Positions 36,546-50,979 of a stretch of DNA of 64,000 bases are shown here, piece by piece. Where the stretch lies: positions 62,312,001-62,376,000 of the forward strand of contig NC_045697.1 of assembly GCF_009834535.1 (NCBI RefSeq), read 5' to 3'. The first letter of the stretch is position 1. Every line of letters starts with the position of its first letter. The notes beneath the pieces were generated by a model, which saw only the letters and a list, made by a program, of their open reading frames with translations, was not told the origin of the DNA and did no database searches. The DNA comes from Camelus ferus (lineage: Eukaryota). Both the position numbers and the translations under genes were made by a program.

Positions 36546-37710
36546 ATCTAATCTTTGCCCAGGGTTCCTGCTGTGGTCATGCTGAACTTGCTTTAACTTT
36601 CTCAGTCTTAGAATTCCCTGTGACCTCTGCCTAGAAGGATACTGATGTCCTCTTTTCTTGGCCAACTTCTTAGCAAACTGCAAGTCTCAGCTTTTATGTG
36701 ATTTCACAGGAAACTTTCTTAACACCTTTAGAGACTCTAGAACAAATGCTTAGTTTTTTGCCTTTTCAGTGTTTATAATAAATGATTTTTGTTTTATTTA
36801 CAGTAAAAGCATTTAAAATTTTTTGAGACTTTACTTTTTTAGAACAGTTTTAGATTTACAAAAAAATTGAGCAAATAGTACAAAGTCCCGTATACCTTCA
36901 GCCCAACATAGTTCCCCTATTATCTTATATTAAAATAGCACATTTGTTATAGTTAATGAACCAATATGTGGTTGTTACTTAAAATAAATTAATATTAACT
37001 AAATTCCATAGTTTATTCAGATTTCCTTAGTCTCTTACCTAATGTACTTTTTCTGTCCCAGAGTCCCATCCAGGACACCACATTACATTTAGTTGCTATC
37101 ATGTCTCCTCAGGCTATGACAGCTTCTCAAACTTTCCTTATTTTTGATGATCTTCACAGTTTTGAGGATTCCTGGTAAGGTACATTATCAGACATTATGT
37201 TTTTAAGGAAACTTTTTATGTAAGTGTAATTTCTTAATAGCAATTTAATTTTCTTTGTGCAATTAGTCTTATCCATTATACTATAATCTCCATGAAGTTT
37301 GGGTCATGTCTGACTTACTCATAACTGTATCCTAGTGGTTAATATACAGCAGACACTCAAAATAAATTGCTGAATAAAGACATGATTAACTCATGAAACA
37401 ACATTCCTCCAGCAGGTGTCACTGGAAATTCCCTCTCAGGAATTCTCTCCGGGCTAAGTATGGCCTCCATAGTATATCAGTATATCAAATCCAATCCTTC
37501 TAGTTTTTCACTTTCCTTCATTCCATTATGTTTTCCATATTATTTTACTTAATATTAGGTCTCCTTTGTCTCAACTTCTTTAGCTTTCATTTTCACCTAT
37601 ATGTGGCCTCATTACAGCTAATCCTTATTGAGCATTGTAGAGCCTATTCAAGGAGTTGTAACTATAGTAATGTATTAAGAAAGAAAACCTCTTTTTAAAA
37701 GGCTTACAGT

Positions 37711-37839
37711 GGGGAAGGTATAGCTCAGTGGTAGAGTGTGTGCTTAGTATGTATGAGGTCCTGGGTTCAATCCTCAGTTCCTCCATTAAAATAAATTTTA
37801 AAAAATTAAAAATAAACCTAATTACCACCCCTCAAAAAA
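37711..37839 (+). mobile_element. tRNA-derived SINE (same family)
   Basis: ggggaaggtatagctcagtggtagag...gggttcaatcc plus tail. Approximate TSD agg(c/t)ttaca. Confidence 0.88.
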
Positions 37840-40800
37840 GAGGTTTACATTCTACTTGAGGAGACTGGACATGTACATAAAAATAACTATCACTAAGTAA
37901 AACATTGGGTAAAATGGCAAATGAATCATTTAAACCTGAAGTATTTACTAGGTCTCTGAGGACAGAAAACTCAATGGGACCCAAGAGATTAGGCTTTGAA
38001 AAATATCCAGAAACAAGGCTTAACCTTCAGAATTCTAAGAGTACTTGATCCTGGTAATGGATATTCCATTGTTATCACCTAGAGCCTAAAAATCTCTATA
38101 GCACACCTCCTAAAGAAAAGATATGTGTCAATGGAGTATGGTAGAAGGAATATACGCTTTGGGAATCAAAATCCTAGCTCTGTCCATTATAAACTGTGTG
38201 CTCAAGAAAAAAGTGTGTGAAGATTCTGACACTTGTTAGGAAAAATTATTTAAAACACGGAAATAAGGCAAAAAGAAGGCTGTGTTATCTTTTCAGTGTT
38301 ATACTTTAGTTCTGTCTTAACAGACCCACCCAAGAATGATTTAAATCTCCAGGGAAATGACCACTTCTGCTATGCTGCTTTGCATTGATTAGGCACAGAC
38401 TTTATCAAATTACACGTTAACTTGTAGAGTTTTGTTTGGTAGAGAGGTAACTGATTCCTCTCCAGTAGAAAAGATACTGCCAAATTGTTATAGTCTTATT
38501 GCCCTGTAGGACGTTAACTAGTTGGTTCTATTACCTAACAACTTTATTTAGCATGTCCTTCCTGGCAGACTTTACAAGTCTCTATTTTTCAAACGGTCAG
38601 CTTTACCATTTGCCTGTTTCCTTACTTAAACAAATCTTTTACACACATACACATTTCTCTGGGAGCCATACTTTAACTTTGGACAAATAACTAATAAATA
38701 TCCTCTTTGTATTCAGTGTCATATGGGGAAAGATATTTCCTTTGGCAAAAGATTCACCCAGTCTCCACAGGTTATGGGGACTTATTTTTAGTTCTTATAT
38801 GTTACAGTCAAGTTTAATTGTGAACACGTGAGGTTTAAGATGCCCATGAAACATGACAGTGGACGTGTTAAGCAAGTTCTAAGAGTTCTAAGCTTAGGGT
38901 TCAGAGAAGAAGCATGTGCTGACAATGTAAATTTGGAAATTATTTGTACCATCAAGAAAGTATTTAAAGTCATGAGGATAAACAGGGAGGCATGAAGTAG
39001 TGGGAAAAAGACCAAGAGGAGAAATAAAGACAGATAGAGAATAGTTGACATGATAAAATATCAAACTGGAACTCCAATAATTAAAGACCCATGGAGGATA
39101 AAGAAGTAGCAAAGGAGACTGGAGAGGGAACAGAGACATCAGAGAACAAAACAGTATAGTGTCAGGGAAACCAGAAGGCTGGGTCAAATGCTGCTGGGAG
39201 GCTGTGTCAGATAAGGAGTAGGGTGCACATATTAGATATGGCAATACAGAAGACAGCCATGACTTTTAAAAGATCACTTTGGGTACAGTGATGAGGACAG
39301 ACACCTGGCTGGCTTTGTATGGGTTGTAGGGTGAATGGAAGTTGAAGATGTGAAGGCAGCACAAGCAGAAAATGTATACAACAGATAAAACTGAGGCTTC
39401 TGGGAGAAGAGAGCTAGACTCTACAAATATAATCTACATTTCTAGCAGGATCCTGGTGATTTCACCAAAGTGAAATATAACAAGATTAGATGCTTGCTAT
39501 CACATTGTGCTGTTACAGAATTATTAAGAGAAACACTTGAGGAAGCTTCTATTCAAGTAGTATGTGGGTTCTAGAGCCTGAATCTCTGGGCTCAAAGCCT
39601 AGCTGTTTCATTAACTAGCTCAGTGAACTTGAGCAATTCCTACAACTCTTGAGTCTCAATTTCTTCATGTATAAATGGAGATAGATAGCAGTACTTCCCA
39701 AGGCTGTTGTAGATAAAATATTTTTTAAATACCTTTATAATGATATGATTTCTGAAAGTAAACTACACATATTTCAGATATACAATTTAATGAACTTTGA
39801 TAGATGTATATAAACCAATGAAACCACCACCACAATCAAGATAGCTAACATTTCCATCACTCTCCAAGAGGTACAAATTTTGAATTCCCAATATCCCTTA
39901 CCACCCCCTTTACCCCCTGGTAACCATAAGTTTGTTCTGTATGTCTGTGTAGAGATAACATCTTGAGTAAAGACTGTATCTGTTATTCTATGCTTGATGA
40001 AATTTCTCAACTTGCACTTAACTGCCTTGAGGGAGGTGGGGAGACAAGGAGAGAGAAAGATTTGGCTAGGGCTGTTTGTTGCTGTTATCTGGATATTTTC
40101 CCAGCGGTGGCTTGTGTATTGTTAATATGGACTTTGAGATTAAATTTTAGTGCTTACTTAGCAAGAAAGGAGTGATAGTAAACCAATCTAACCAAGTCCC
40201 TCCTTGTTTAAAACTCATCAGTGTTTCTCCATAGTAAAGCCCTCAACAAATCCTGGTTTAAGATAGTTTCTATTCATATTCTTGTCATTCTTAAATATCC
40301 CCTTATGAAAACTCTTCCTCTATTAATCCATTTAGTTCCCACTTTTAAGATCTGAATTTTAAGAATTCTGTGATCTGAAGTCTCACAGAGTGTAGCCCAT
40401 CCATTAGCAACACTGTCATCACCTGAGAGCTTTTAAAAGTGCAGAATCTGAAGCCTGACCCAGACCTACTGAATCAGAAATTGCATTTTGACAAGATGTC
40501 CATACATATTAAATTTAAGAAGCACTGTTACAAAAAGAAGTAAAAGGAACATAGGAAAACTTTAGGGATCCAAGAGATTTCTGCATGGAAGTGGGACAAA
40601 TTAAAACTAAATCTATTGTAGAAATATTTTCCAAAATCAGATGTACAAGTTCAAAATTTGTGACATTCTGCATACTCATTCAAGTTACTTGCTACAACTA
40701 AATACTTAAACTGCTTTTAAGTATCCAATTTTTTTCAGAGAGCTGGACTTTTATATTGATAAGTAGGACTTAAATAATGACAATGGAAAGGATACATTCT

Positions 40801-43009
40801 TTATTTTAGACTCAACCCTGCGACAAAGTCATCTCCAAGAACATGTGTCAAACAGAAGAGGTAAAATTGCTATATATTCTTTTTTTTCCCTTCCAGAATC
40901 AGTGGTAGCCACTTAAAAAAAATCTTTTTCTATTTTTAAAACACCTACCTTTCACTGCTTGTAGACAGCCTCGCGTTCTCTATGACAGTTTGTTCTTGTG
41001 CTATTCCACACAATCAAGAGTTTGATAATTTTTAAATTTCCTTTCTGTGAACTTCTTGATCCCAAGGAATTCTTTGTAACCACTTCGGCCTGCAACTCTA
41101 TTCATCAAGTTTGCAAGTATATTTTAATGTCATTTATAGGAAACAATTTGTCAATTTTAAATAACATTGCAACTGCTCTCATTAAGACATTGAGAAGTTT
41201 ATGATGATGACTATAACTTATGTTACTCTGGGATATTTGAAATGTGATTAATTATGGAAGGCAGCGAGAGACTATAGTACAACTTTAATATAGCTGGCGT
41301 TGTTCGTTTATCTTACCGGGAGATGGCCAACAGTAGAAATCTGGAGAGTTAGGACCTGAAAAAAGCTTCAGGTGCTTGACTAATTGTAGAGGTATGATAG
41401 GCTGAGGATCAAGACACATTAAATTGTTTAAAAGTTTATAATTAAGTATTTTCAATATAATTAAGTACTTTTAAAATTTCAGTTATTTCCTCTAAATCAA
41501 GATGCATTAAAGATGAATGTTTTGTTCCAATGTAATTAAACTAATATTCACATTAGATTATTTTATGTTCTTCTCTGTGAAGCACTGTCTCTGTGTCATT
41601 TACTGAGTGTACTGCTCCAAACAAGCCAGTAATCTTGACTCCCACTCCCCACTCTCCCAAAGCTTCTTGTAGTAGAAAGAATATGATTTTAGAGTCTAGA
41701 GAGCTGAGTTTAGATCCCAAGGATGCCTCATTTTTCTAATGTTAATTGGGACTGATAATACCTCTTAAATATTCTAGGATTAAGATGGATCTGTAAAACC
41801 TGTGCCCCATAATTATGAATCAATGAATGTTAGTTCCTTTCTCTGGCACTGCCTAAAGTTATCTTAATCCCTCAGGAAAAATTGCTGGGTGAAGGGGGAA
41901 ATGGTTTATGGAATACAGTCCCTAGGGCACTGTCATCACCCTAGCCAGGATCCTCTCTTTTCTATGCTTGTCTTTGGAATATTCCAGCTGTATGCTTGCA
42001 ATATTAAGAATCACTTTGCCTACAACAGAGGCAACTTGGGGATCCAGTGGAGATCTGAGATGGAACTGTTGCCCAAAAACGTGTGACAATAGGCACACAT
42101 TGCAGAAAAGAAAATCATATATTTCAGTGTGAGCAAACCCCTGGGAGTTCCCTTAGCTCTCAGGGTAGCCTTTAGCAGTGTGCAGCCTCTGGCTCCGTGG
42201 ATACCGCCTTCACTGAGGCTGTAGTCTCCATTGTCGTGAGCCGCCTCCCAGGGTAATTGACAGTGACAGGGGTTAGGAGAGGTAGAAGAGCCACAGAACA
42301 GACATCAAAGGCAATTATCACAACCCCCAGGTTGCTGTGAATGGAAGCAGTCACTCAGAATGTCATTTTGTAAATAAATTCCCTGGGCAGATTAAAAATT
42401 TTGATAGTCACCAAAGTAAAAATGTGACCCCAGAGCTTTCAATGAAAAAGATATTTTCACCAAAAGCATACCAGCATCTGCTTCCTGGGGTTGAATATTT
42501 CCTGATTTGCAAATACACTCCATCCTGGAACCTCAAGCTGTTTGGTTACTTTCCCAAAGTAGTTACATCTTTTTCCCATTCCACAGTAAGTTCATATATT
42601 CCTTCTCGCCAGCTTGCAACAGTTATGCAGCACCTACTAAGTGCAAAGCATTGCTCTAGGTAACATAAAAATCTGACCATAGAGGTGAGCAGGGGAGCAT
42701 AATAATGCATGCCAGAGATCTTACACAAATCATCACCCCATCAATTATTTTTGTCAATAATGACTCCAGGCCAGCAGGAAAAATTTCCCTCCAGGTAGCC
42801 ATAAAATCTGATAGTTTCAAGGTTTTGGAGGTCTTAGATAATTCAGTTCCTTGCATTTTTCTTGTTCTTAATATTGGGAACCATATCCCAAATTCAAATG
42901 GTCTCTTTTTTTTTTTTGGTATTTTATATACTTATGTTTTATTTTTAACTGAATGAAAGGTTCTTTAAATACTATAGTGCTTTACAATTTTCAGAAGTTT
43001 CACACATAT

Positions 43010-43320
43010 GAATTTATACAATCCCGTAATAACTCCTTTTTTTCCCCACTCTACCCCTATATTGCCCCTCCCGGCTTCCCTCTCCCCACTGGTAACCACT
43101 AATTTGTTCTCTATATCTGTGAGTTGGCTTCTTTTTTGTTTTATTCACTAGTTTGTTGCATTTTTAGATTCCACATATAAGTGATAGCATACAGTATTTG
43201 TCTTTCTCTGTCTGATTTCTTTCACTTAGCATAATGCCCTCCAAGTCCATCCATGGTGCTGCAAATGGCAAAATTTCATTCTTTTCATGGCTGAGCAGTA
43301 TTCCATTGTATATACTTATA
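43010..43320 (-). mobile_element. L1 3' UTR fragment
   Basis: ggtaaccactaatttgttctctatatctgtgag...tttttagattccacatataagtgata. Confidence 0.8.
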
Positions 43321-44349
43321 TTTTATGTATATGCTTCTCAACTTTCTTTTTTTTTGTTAATATACCTACATACCTAAAATAGAGATCCCTATAACTTATT
43401 TTGCAACTCCCATTTTAACCATATACTCTGAAGATCTTTTCATACCAATAAATATTCAAGTTTGTATTTTTCTTTATATCACATATCACTAGCTAAAATT
43501 AAACATTATATTATTATCTATCCTCTCCTTGTTTTTATTGACTGTCATGTTCTCCCACCACGATAAAAGCTCCAGAATGTAGAGAATTTGTCTGCTGTGT
43601 TCTTCATGTCTGAAATAATGCCTGGCACACTGTAAGAACTTCATAGATATTTCTTGAATGATTGAATAAATGACAAAAACATTTTACTTTAAATATATTT
43701 TTAAAAATATTTAAATTTTCTATTTAATTAAATGCTTACTATTGTACTTTTCTGAACTTGAAGTTTACTCAATTTTAAAATACCTGTAGAAGAGAAACCA
43801 TCAAAAAAAAAAAAAAATGAAAAGACCACCTCCTGAATGTGAGAGAAAATATTTGCAAATGATATGACCAACAAGAAGTTAATATCCAAAATACATAAAC
43901 AGCTTGTAAAACTTAATGTTAATAAAACCAAACAACCTAATTGAAAAATGGGCAGAAGACCACTATTTTCAAATTTCTTTTCTCACAGCCATTGCATGTA
44001 GGAGGAGCCATGCAAAGGAGATAAAGAAAAAACTGCTAAAATGTATTTCCTCTCAGTTGGTACAATCTGTGGAATCTTGATGAAGGATACATTAGCAACA
44101 TGTATCAAAATTACAATACAAAATCACAAACTTTTTGACTCAGAAATTTTACATCCAGGAATTTATATTATAGACATACTTGCACTGATATTTGTACATG
44201 GTTATTCTGCATCATTGCTTACATAAAGGTAATAGAGGACTAACTGAATAAATCACAGTGCCTGTATATAGTGGAATAGTTTGCAGCTACTGGAATGAAT
44301 AATTTTTAATGTGCTGATATTTAATGATCTTCAGGATATATTGTTAAAT

Positions 44350-44378
44350 AACAACAACAACAACAACAACAACAACAA
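44350..44378. repeat. (AAC)n microsatellite
   Basis: Seen directly. Confidence 0.95.
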
Positions 44379-46519
44379 AGCTGAATGCAGACCAGTGTGG
44401 TAGGTATAGATAAAAGTCAATTTGTTTAGGAACAGGGGAATATATATACATTAGAAAACACAAAGTAAGCCTAACTTATAGTTTCTTTTTATAGTATGTT
44501 TTATTTTTTCCTTTAAAGAAATAATAAAAGTTTTGGAGTTATATGTTGCACCCTAACACCTGGACATTTTAAAGCTTTCTTTACAATACCTTTGACTCCA
44601 AGAAAAATCTAAGACCAAACAGCAAAATGTACAGAAGATAAGTATTGTGAAATTTCTAAATATTTATGTGGTCTCAAAGTGACTCTCCCCAGATTGCTTG
44701 CTTGTTGCCAAGAAGCAAAAGTGTAACTTTCCAAGAGAGAAACTAGACAACATCCTGACTGGGTGATCAAAAGTATCATCATCAATCAGAGGCAGACAGA
44801 CATCATATTGTAACACCATGAAAAGGGCACAAATCACTTAATGGAATGTAAAACCAGAATCTAATCATGAGGCAACCCAAACTGAATAACATTCTAACTA
44901 ACCTGTATTCTTTAAAAAATGTCAAAGTTGTGAAAGACAAAGAAAGGCTAAGGACTGCCCCACATTAAAAGAGACTAAACAGCTAAATTCAATGTGTCAT
45001 CCTAGACTGCATCTTGCACTAATGGGAAAAGTAATATTGTAAAAGATATTATCAGGATATTTCACAAAATTGAAACATGGATTTATAGATTAAAGTAATG
45101 TACAATAGTTATATGCAAATATATTCTAAAGGAGTCCATGTAATTGTAGTAAGAGGTAAAGGAGTATGGTGTATGCAGCTTATAAGTGGTTTAGAAAAAA
45201 CATTATGCATAATCATATGTGTATATATAGCCACAGTGAATTATAAAGCAAATATGGCAAAATGTTAAAAGTCGATGAATTCAATGTGAATGAACTGATT
45301 GCTGATTGCCACTGACTTGTTCACTCTAAAATGGTTAGTTTTCTATTATGTGAATTTCACCTCAAAAAAAAATTGATGGATTGAGTAAAGAGTATAAAAG
45401 AGTATCCAAGATTTCTCTGTACTATTCCTGTAGCTTTTCTGTAAGTGTGAAATTATTTAAAAGAAAAAGTTAAAAGAAATCTCTGTGTATTTAGTTTCTA
45501 GGAAAATGGAAACCATAGTTGTGGTTCTATAGAGAATTTAGTTTGGAAATTAAATTAGTTATACTGAGATAACTCTAAGGTAAAGCCTGCAGGTGGCAGC
45601 TGCCATGCTCTAGGAGGGGCCCCCGCAGAGCTGAGACTCAGCCCTCTGTGCGGGACAGTGGGGCTGCTTCAGGGAGCCTGGAGAAGAATCTGAAGGCTGA
45701 AACTAGGTGCTGCTGCCAGGCTGAAGTGGCATTCTGGCCAAAAGTGAACTTAGGTCTCCTATACTTTTCTGGTTCATGGGCAGAATAATTATCCCAATCA
45801 GTGCTGTGGTCCCCACTGGGGAGTGGTTGGAAGTGGATTCACATGAGAGTTATGAAATAGAGTATGAGTACCATCTCCCCAGGGAAAGGGCTTGGACCTG
45901 CCTGGTACGGGGTTGGGAGTAGATGATAAACTCGGGTCTCTCATGCTCTCTGTGGTGCAGCTGAGCCCTTAGTCATGGGCGCCACTTGACATAAGGCACT
46001 CCAGCTGTGGCTGGGACTGACCTAGCAGCCCAGAAACCCAGGGCCCAGCTACCCTCCCATTTTCAACCAGGATCCAGCAGGTTCTATTTTAGTGTTGACT
46101 TTTATCATTTTATTCATGAAGAAACTGTTGCGCAGAGAAGTAAAGTAATTTGCTAGCACTGGAAGTCTCACTAACAACTGGGAAGATGGTATATGAAAAA
46201 GGGGGCTCCTTTTCACCTGGCTGTTAGGGAACTTAAAGAAAGATGGTCTAAAACTGGGAGATGTTGATACTGAAGACAGAGATTCAATGGAGGAGTTCTG
46301 AGGAGCAATGTGGAGTCCTGCTTCACCACCTCCAAGTCCTTTGATCTCCCACATACAGGAGAGACTTCAGATGCCCGGTGTAGTCTGTTTCTTCAGGGTT
46401 GAGCCACTGACACAATTTCATGTTGAGAAGTGGGATCAGGGCATCCTCAGGTTTTCCCTGTGGGCTTTCCCAAACAGTGAACATTTCCTATGTGTGACTG
46501 GCACTACTCACTCAGTCTA

Positions 46520-46700
46520 CCTGCTTTTATCATTAACTCATACCAGCAACCTTATGTGACAACTATTATTATCTATTTTACAGATAAAGAAACTGAGGCA
46601 CAGAGAGGTTAAGTAACTTACCCAAGGCCACACAGCTAGTGAGTAGCAGAGCTTTGAATTTGGGCAGTCTGGCTCCAGGTTGTGTCCCTAAATACGGTTT
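46520..46700 (-). mobile_element. MIR (other MIR cores at about 4800, 27000, 39600, 51550, 51950, 54350 and 54600)
   Basis: tttacagataaagaaactgaggcacagagaggttaagtaacttacccaaggccacacagctagt. Confidence 0.85.
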
Positions 46701-46744
46701 CCCTGCCTCTCAGGTGAAGAGGTTCAGTCCTATCAATCTCAATG

Positions 46745-47398
46745 TGTTAGAGCAGGCAGATAGCTGGATATGAGCAGAAAGGGGGACACAGACCAAATGA
46801 CAGGAATTAGGCAGGAAGGAAGGGCACAGGCCAAATGCAGGAAACCATACATCACGTGAGCTCCAGGGGTCCCTGGGCAGAGAAAGAAAAGCAGGAACCT
46901 CTGGGCTGATAAGTGGTCACTCATTTAGGGGTGACTAGAGGCCTGGAGGCTGACAAAGAAAGGTGGGAAAAGGCAGGACTCTCCAGTGTTCAAATGCAAC
47001 CTTTGGCTCAATATGCCCTCGTCACAATAAAATTAGCCTTGCAGATGAGAAGCACCCATCATTCACTGACACCATGACAATTCCAATCCAGACTAAATAA
47101 AGACAAAAATCCTTCCTTCCTTTGCGAAGGTGGATTTGGGATGAAAATTGGGGAATGTGACCCCAAGCCCTTCCCTCCTCAATGAATATCCCGCCCACTC
47201 ATTTTTATACTCTATGTAACCAATTTGCCAAAGAAACTCAGCACAGCTGCTCACCTGAGCCTGCCCACTCTCCCCTTGAGAGTGTACTATCCATCCCTTA
47301 ATAATCCTGGCTTTACTTTCTTAACCTCTGTGTCTTGTCTCTGAATTTCTCCTGGGATGCGACAAGAACCTGGACACTGGCTATATCTACCAATTACA
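46745..47398 (+). mobile_element. ERV1-type solo LTR (family C)
   Basis: TGTTAG...TACA with perfect 4-bp TSD aatg at 46741-46744 and 47399-47402. Confidence 0.88.
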
Positions 47399-47464
47399 AA
47401 TGGGGGCTCAACTCAAGCACCCAGTAACTGTCTCACATTCTGGTCGCTGTCATAGTGACATCAG

Positions 47465-47930
47465 TCTCCCCCCAGTGAGATCAATGTCCTAATATCTAGA
47501 ACCTGTGACTGTTACCTTATATGCAAGAGGGACTTTGCAGATGTGATTAAATAGAAGATTTTGAAAGGCAGAGACTATCCTGGATTATCCAGGTGGGCCC
47601 TGAACATAGTCAAGTGTCCTTATGAGAGGGAGGCAGAGGGGGATTTGAGTACAAAAGAGCTAAGTAGGAGATCTGAGGCTGGAAGCAGGGGGTTGGAGTA
47701 ATTTGAGGAGGGGGTCAGAAGTCAAGGAAGGCAGGTAGCCTCCAGAATTTAAAAGAAAATCAGAGTCTTCCCTGTATCCCTAGAAAGAAGGAACCAGCCC
47801 TGCTGATTCCTTGCCTTTAACTCAAATTGATTTCAGCCTTCGGACTTCCAGAAGTATTAAGAGAACAGATGTGTGTTGGTTTAAGCCTCTTAGTTTGTGG
47901 TCATCTGTTGTAGCAGCAATAAGAAAATAA
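47465..47930 (+). mobile_element. MaLR MLT1-type LTR
   Basis: gggactttgcagatgtgattaa...cctggattatccaggtgggccc...tagtttgtggtcatctgttgtagcagcaataagaaaa. Confidence 0.8.
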
Positions 47931-50900
47931 GAGTCACCAACTCTAAGGGGGCCTCATTTCAGGGATGGCAGCATTAGGGCCGGGATTGCAGGCACCCTGC
48001 CTCCCTCTACCCTGCCCCCACCCCAAACAGTCAGCCACCTGTCAAATTGTATGTCAGCTGCTCTCTTTCCTTCATTCACATATTTATTGAGTGCCTCTTA
48101 ACATCTAGACACTATTATAAGTCCTAGGCTCATAATAAGCAGTAAATAAGACAAAAATGCCATCTCAGGGCTTCAGTTCAATGAAGGAGAGAGACCATAC
48201 GCCCATGCAAATGAAGAAATAAATACTCTGAAGACAGTCATCTGTTGATCTTAGGCCTCAGTCATCTCTCACCTGGGAAACCTCCCAGCCTTCTGGCTGC
48301 CTCCTCATGGAAGAAACCCTCATCTACTTCCTACGCGCATCAGATCCTGTGTGAGGCACCTTCACTCTTGCAGTCCCCTCACCCCAACCAATACATTCGG
48401 TACACTACAAAGCAATTTTCCTAATGGCCATCTGCCCAAGGGATCAAGGCCAGACTCCTTAGCATGGCTGAAAACACCCTTCATGCTTTGGACCCTGAAC
48501 TCCACTCCAGTCTCATCCCACCTCCCCGGGCTGGAGGGTAAGGTCAGGCAGGGCAAGGGGAGGGTGGGATGAGGCTGACCCACCGGGGTTCTTAATGGGC
48601 TAAGACCCCTCTCTAAGCCTTTGCCTATATACTTGCCTGCCTGGGATGCCCTTCCCTATTTCTTTTCCAGGAAGTCTTTCTAGGGCCCCCAAGTCTGGGA
48701 TGGTTTTTCATGGTACTTGGGGGAACATCCCAAACATAGCACCTACCACACAGCAATGTTTACATGTCATCCTCCCTCACTGATCTGTGAGCTCCTTGGC
48801 AGTAGGGCTGCCCACTTTATACACCCTGAAGTTGTTAGCGCACCTTAGAAAATCTCCAGGCATGCAGTAAGTCTTCATAAATGTTTTCTGAATTAAGGAG
48901 TGTGAGTGAATGTGTTACAAATTAACCGTAGGATTGAAGAGAAAAAAGTCATTCATGAAGGCTAGGGGTGCCTTTTGAAGAACGTTGAAATGTCAGACTC
49001 GCTTTGTTGAAGGACCAAGGCTTGGCAGGGCTTCTACATCTGGCAAACTGGAGCCGGGATTTTGGAGGTGAAGGTGAGTTTTGAAAGTGGGGAGGAAGCT
49101 GAAGGGAGGAAGCTTATCTAGGGTGAGGCAATGGCTTCAGGCAGGAAAGTTTCAAGAAAGCAAAGGTTTTTAAAACCACCTTGGTGAGGTTCATGGGCCT
49201 TATTAAAGTGTCAGAAAACTATTCAAAGGCTTCTTAGAAGTATTGGACAGGTCATTGCAGAAGGTAGAACATCACTGTCTAGAGATGTGTTGAAAGAGCC
49301 CCTTCTAAACATACCACCTCTGCCTGCGTAAATACCCATCCTGGAAGGAAGGAAAGAACTGGAATGGGTCTTCCTTTACTTGACCTAGGCTGCTTTAAAA
49401 TGGCTGGGACTGCCCCGAGGAGGACCCACTGAGCCAGCGGAGGAGGGCTGGCCCAGGGCTAAATGGTGGTTGACAACCCAGCAAACCGACAGACTACAGG
49501 CGTCCTTCAATCTCCAGTAAGCTCAGGGGATTCTGTGCTCCAGGTAGGCCCTCTTAAATCTGAAGCAAAATGAGCATCTTCATCGTGTGTCTAAAGCTTG
49601 TTTACTCCCTGGGGCTGGTTCCTTGATTGCTGTGCTTCAGAATATTTGCATAAGAATGAGACACAATGGCGCAATGGTTACACAAACCCCAGGGGCACTG
49701 GTTTCTGGACAGACTTGGAGGAGAATTGATCTTTAAATCTTCTGGGAATCTCTAGAGCCAGTTAAAGGACTACAAAGTTTATTCCGAAGATGGGCCGGAT
49801 CAAGCCTGATACAAGTTTCTCTTTTAATTGTTTTTAGGCCGAGGAGATAAGGGAGGATGAGATTTCTCTTTTGCACCAGCATCCCTTCTCCCCTTCTCTC
49901 TAACCCTGCACATGGCCACTTTACTCCACACCCGCTACATGCTCCCACTCAAAGGTCAGCCCCCTTCTTCCAGTTGCCACCAAACACAGACTTTTCCAAG
50001 GGGCCAGAGTTTTTTGCTTGTTCCTGGTCTGTGGCTGTATCCTGATGCCAGCTCTCTTTCCTGCCTTTATGTGGTAACCTCTTCACCAATCTCACGTGGT
50101 GTCACCTCACATTTCTTCAAACACTTGGTATTGTCACCAAGGTCGCTGCAGTGGGGTTGTTTGTGAAATTTTAACCTAAAAACGAACCCCTTCTGTGATG
50201 GAGAAATAAAGAATGCTTAAAGGTAGCTGCAAGGAGAACTGGGGACCATACACATCTTTCCTGAGTTGGGCCTCATGTAAAAAAGATTGCTTATCACTAA
50301 TCCATGCCGGCTACACTTACTTCTCAAGGTTTCATGGCAGAGGCACACAGGTCTCTAGGTACTCAGGACTGTGAGACCTTTGAAGCTCAAGGCTCTGTCA
50401 CATTTATTCCTGGAGTGGCCACAAAGCTGATATTCAGTAAACATGTTCATTTATTTAGGAGAGAAGCTGCCCACGTTCTGTGGGCTGACTTCTCCACCAC
50501 ATCCTTACCTTTCTGTATAAATCTTAGACTCTGGCCTCATCTCTGCAAAACCAAACCAAACCAGTGTCCCCATAATCCATTGTGCTTTCACTTGCCCCTG
50601 ACATCGACCTTGGCTGCTGTTTTTTTGATCTTTCTCCAAAAAAAGAGAGCGACTAGGCCCACTTCTCCTACTCCCCAACATTGTAAAATCAGTTTCCTCT
50701 ACTCACAGAAACTGTCCCGGCTGCATTCATCAGGGGCCTCTTCATTGAGAAACCAGCTGGGTCCTGTTTCGTCCCTTCGCATGCGTGGCTGCAGATTCTG
50801 TCACTTTGTCATGCTTCCATCCTGGCCTCCCCAGCAACACACTGTCCCTCTGGGTGCCCAAGGAGCTTCTCAGGCCATTTCTCCCCTTCTCCAGTGTCAA

Positions 50901-50979
50901 AGCGTCCCTTTAGCCCCCAAACACAGGTGCTGCTAAGGTTCTAACACTGCTCTCCCGCCACCTCCCTCCCGTCTAGAGC

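Noticed and set aside
37711..37785. tRNA-like sequences here and at 5867, 61135 and 62865
   Set aside because: They have A-rich tails and TSDs and are diverged, so they are SINEs rather than tRNA genes.
50304..50936. 210-aa plus-strand ORF
   Set aside because: No recognisable domain, splice structure or promoter. Treated as a chance ORF, though a database search would be needed to exclude it fully.
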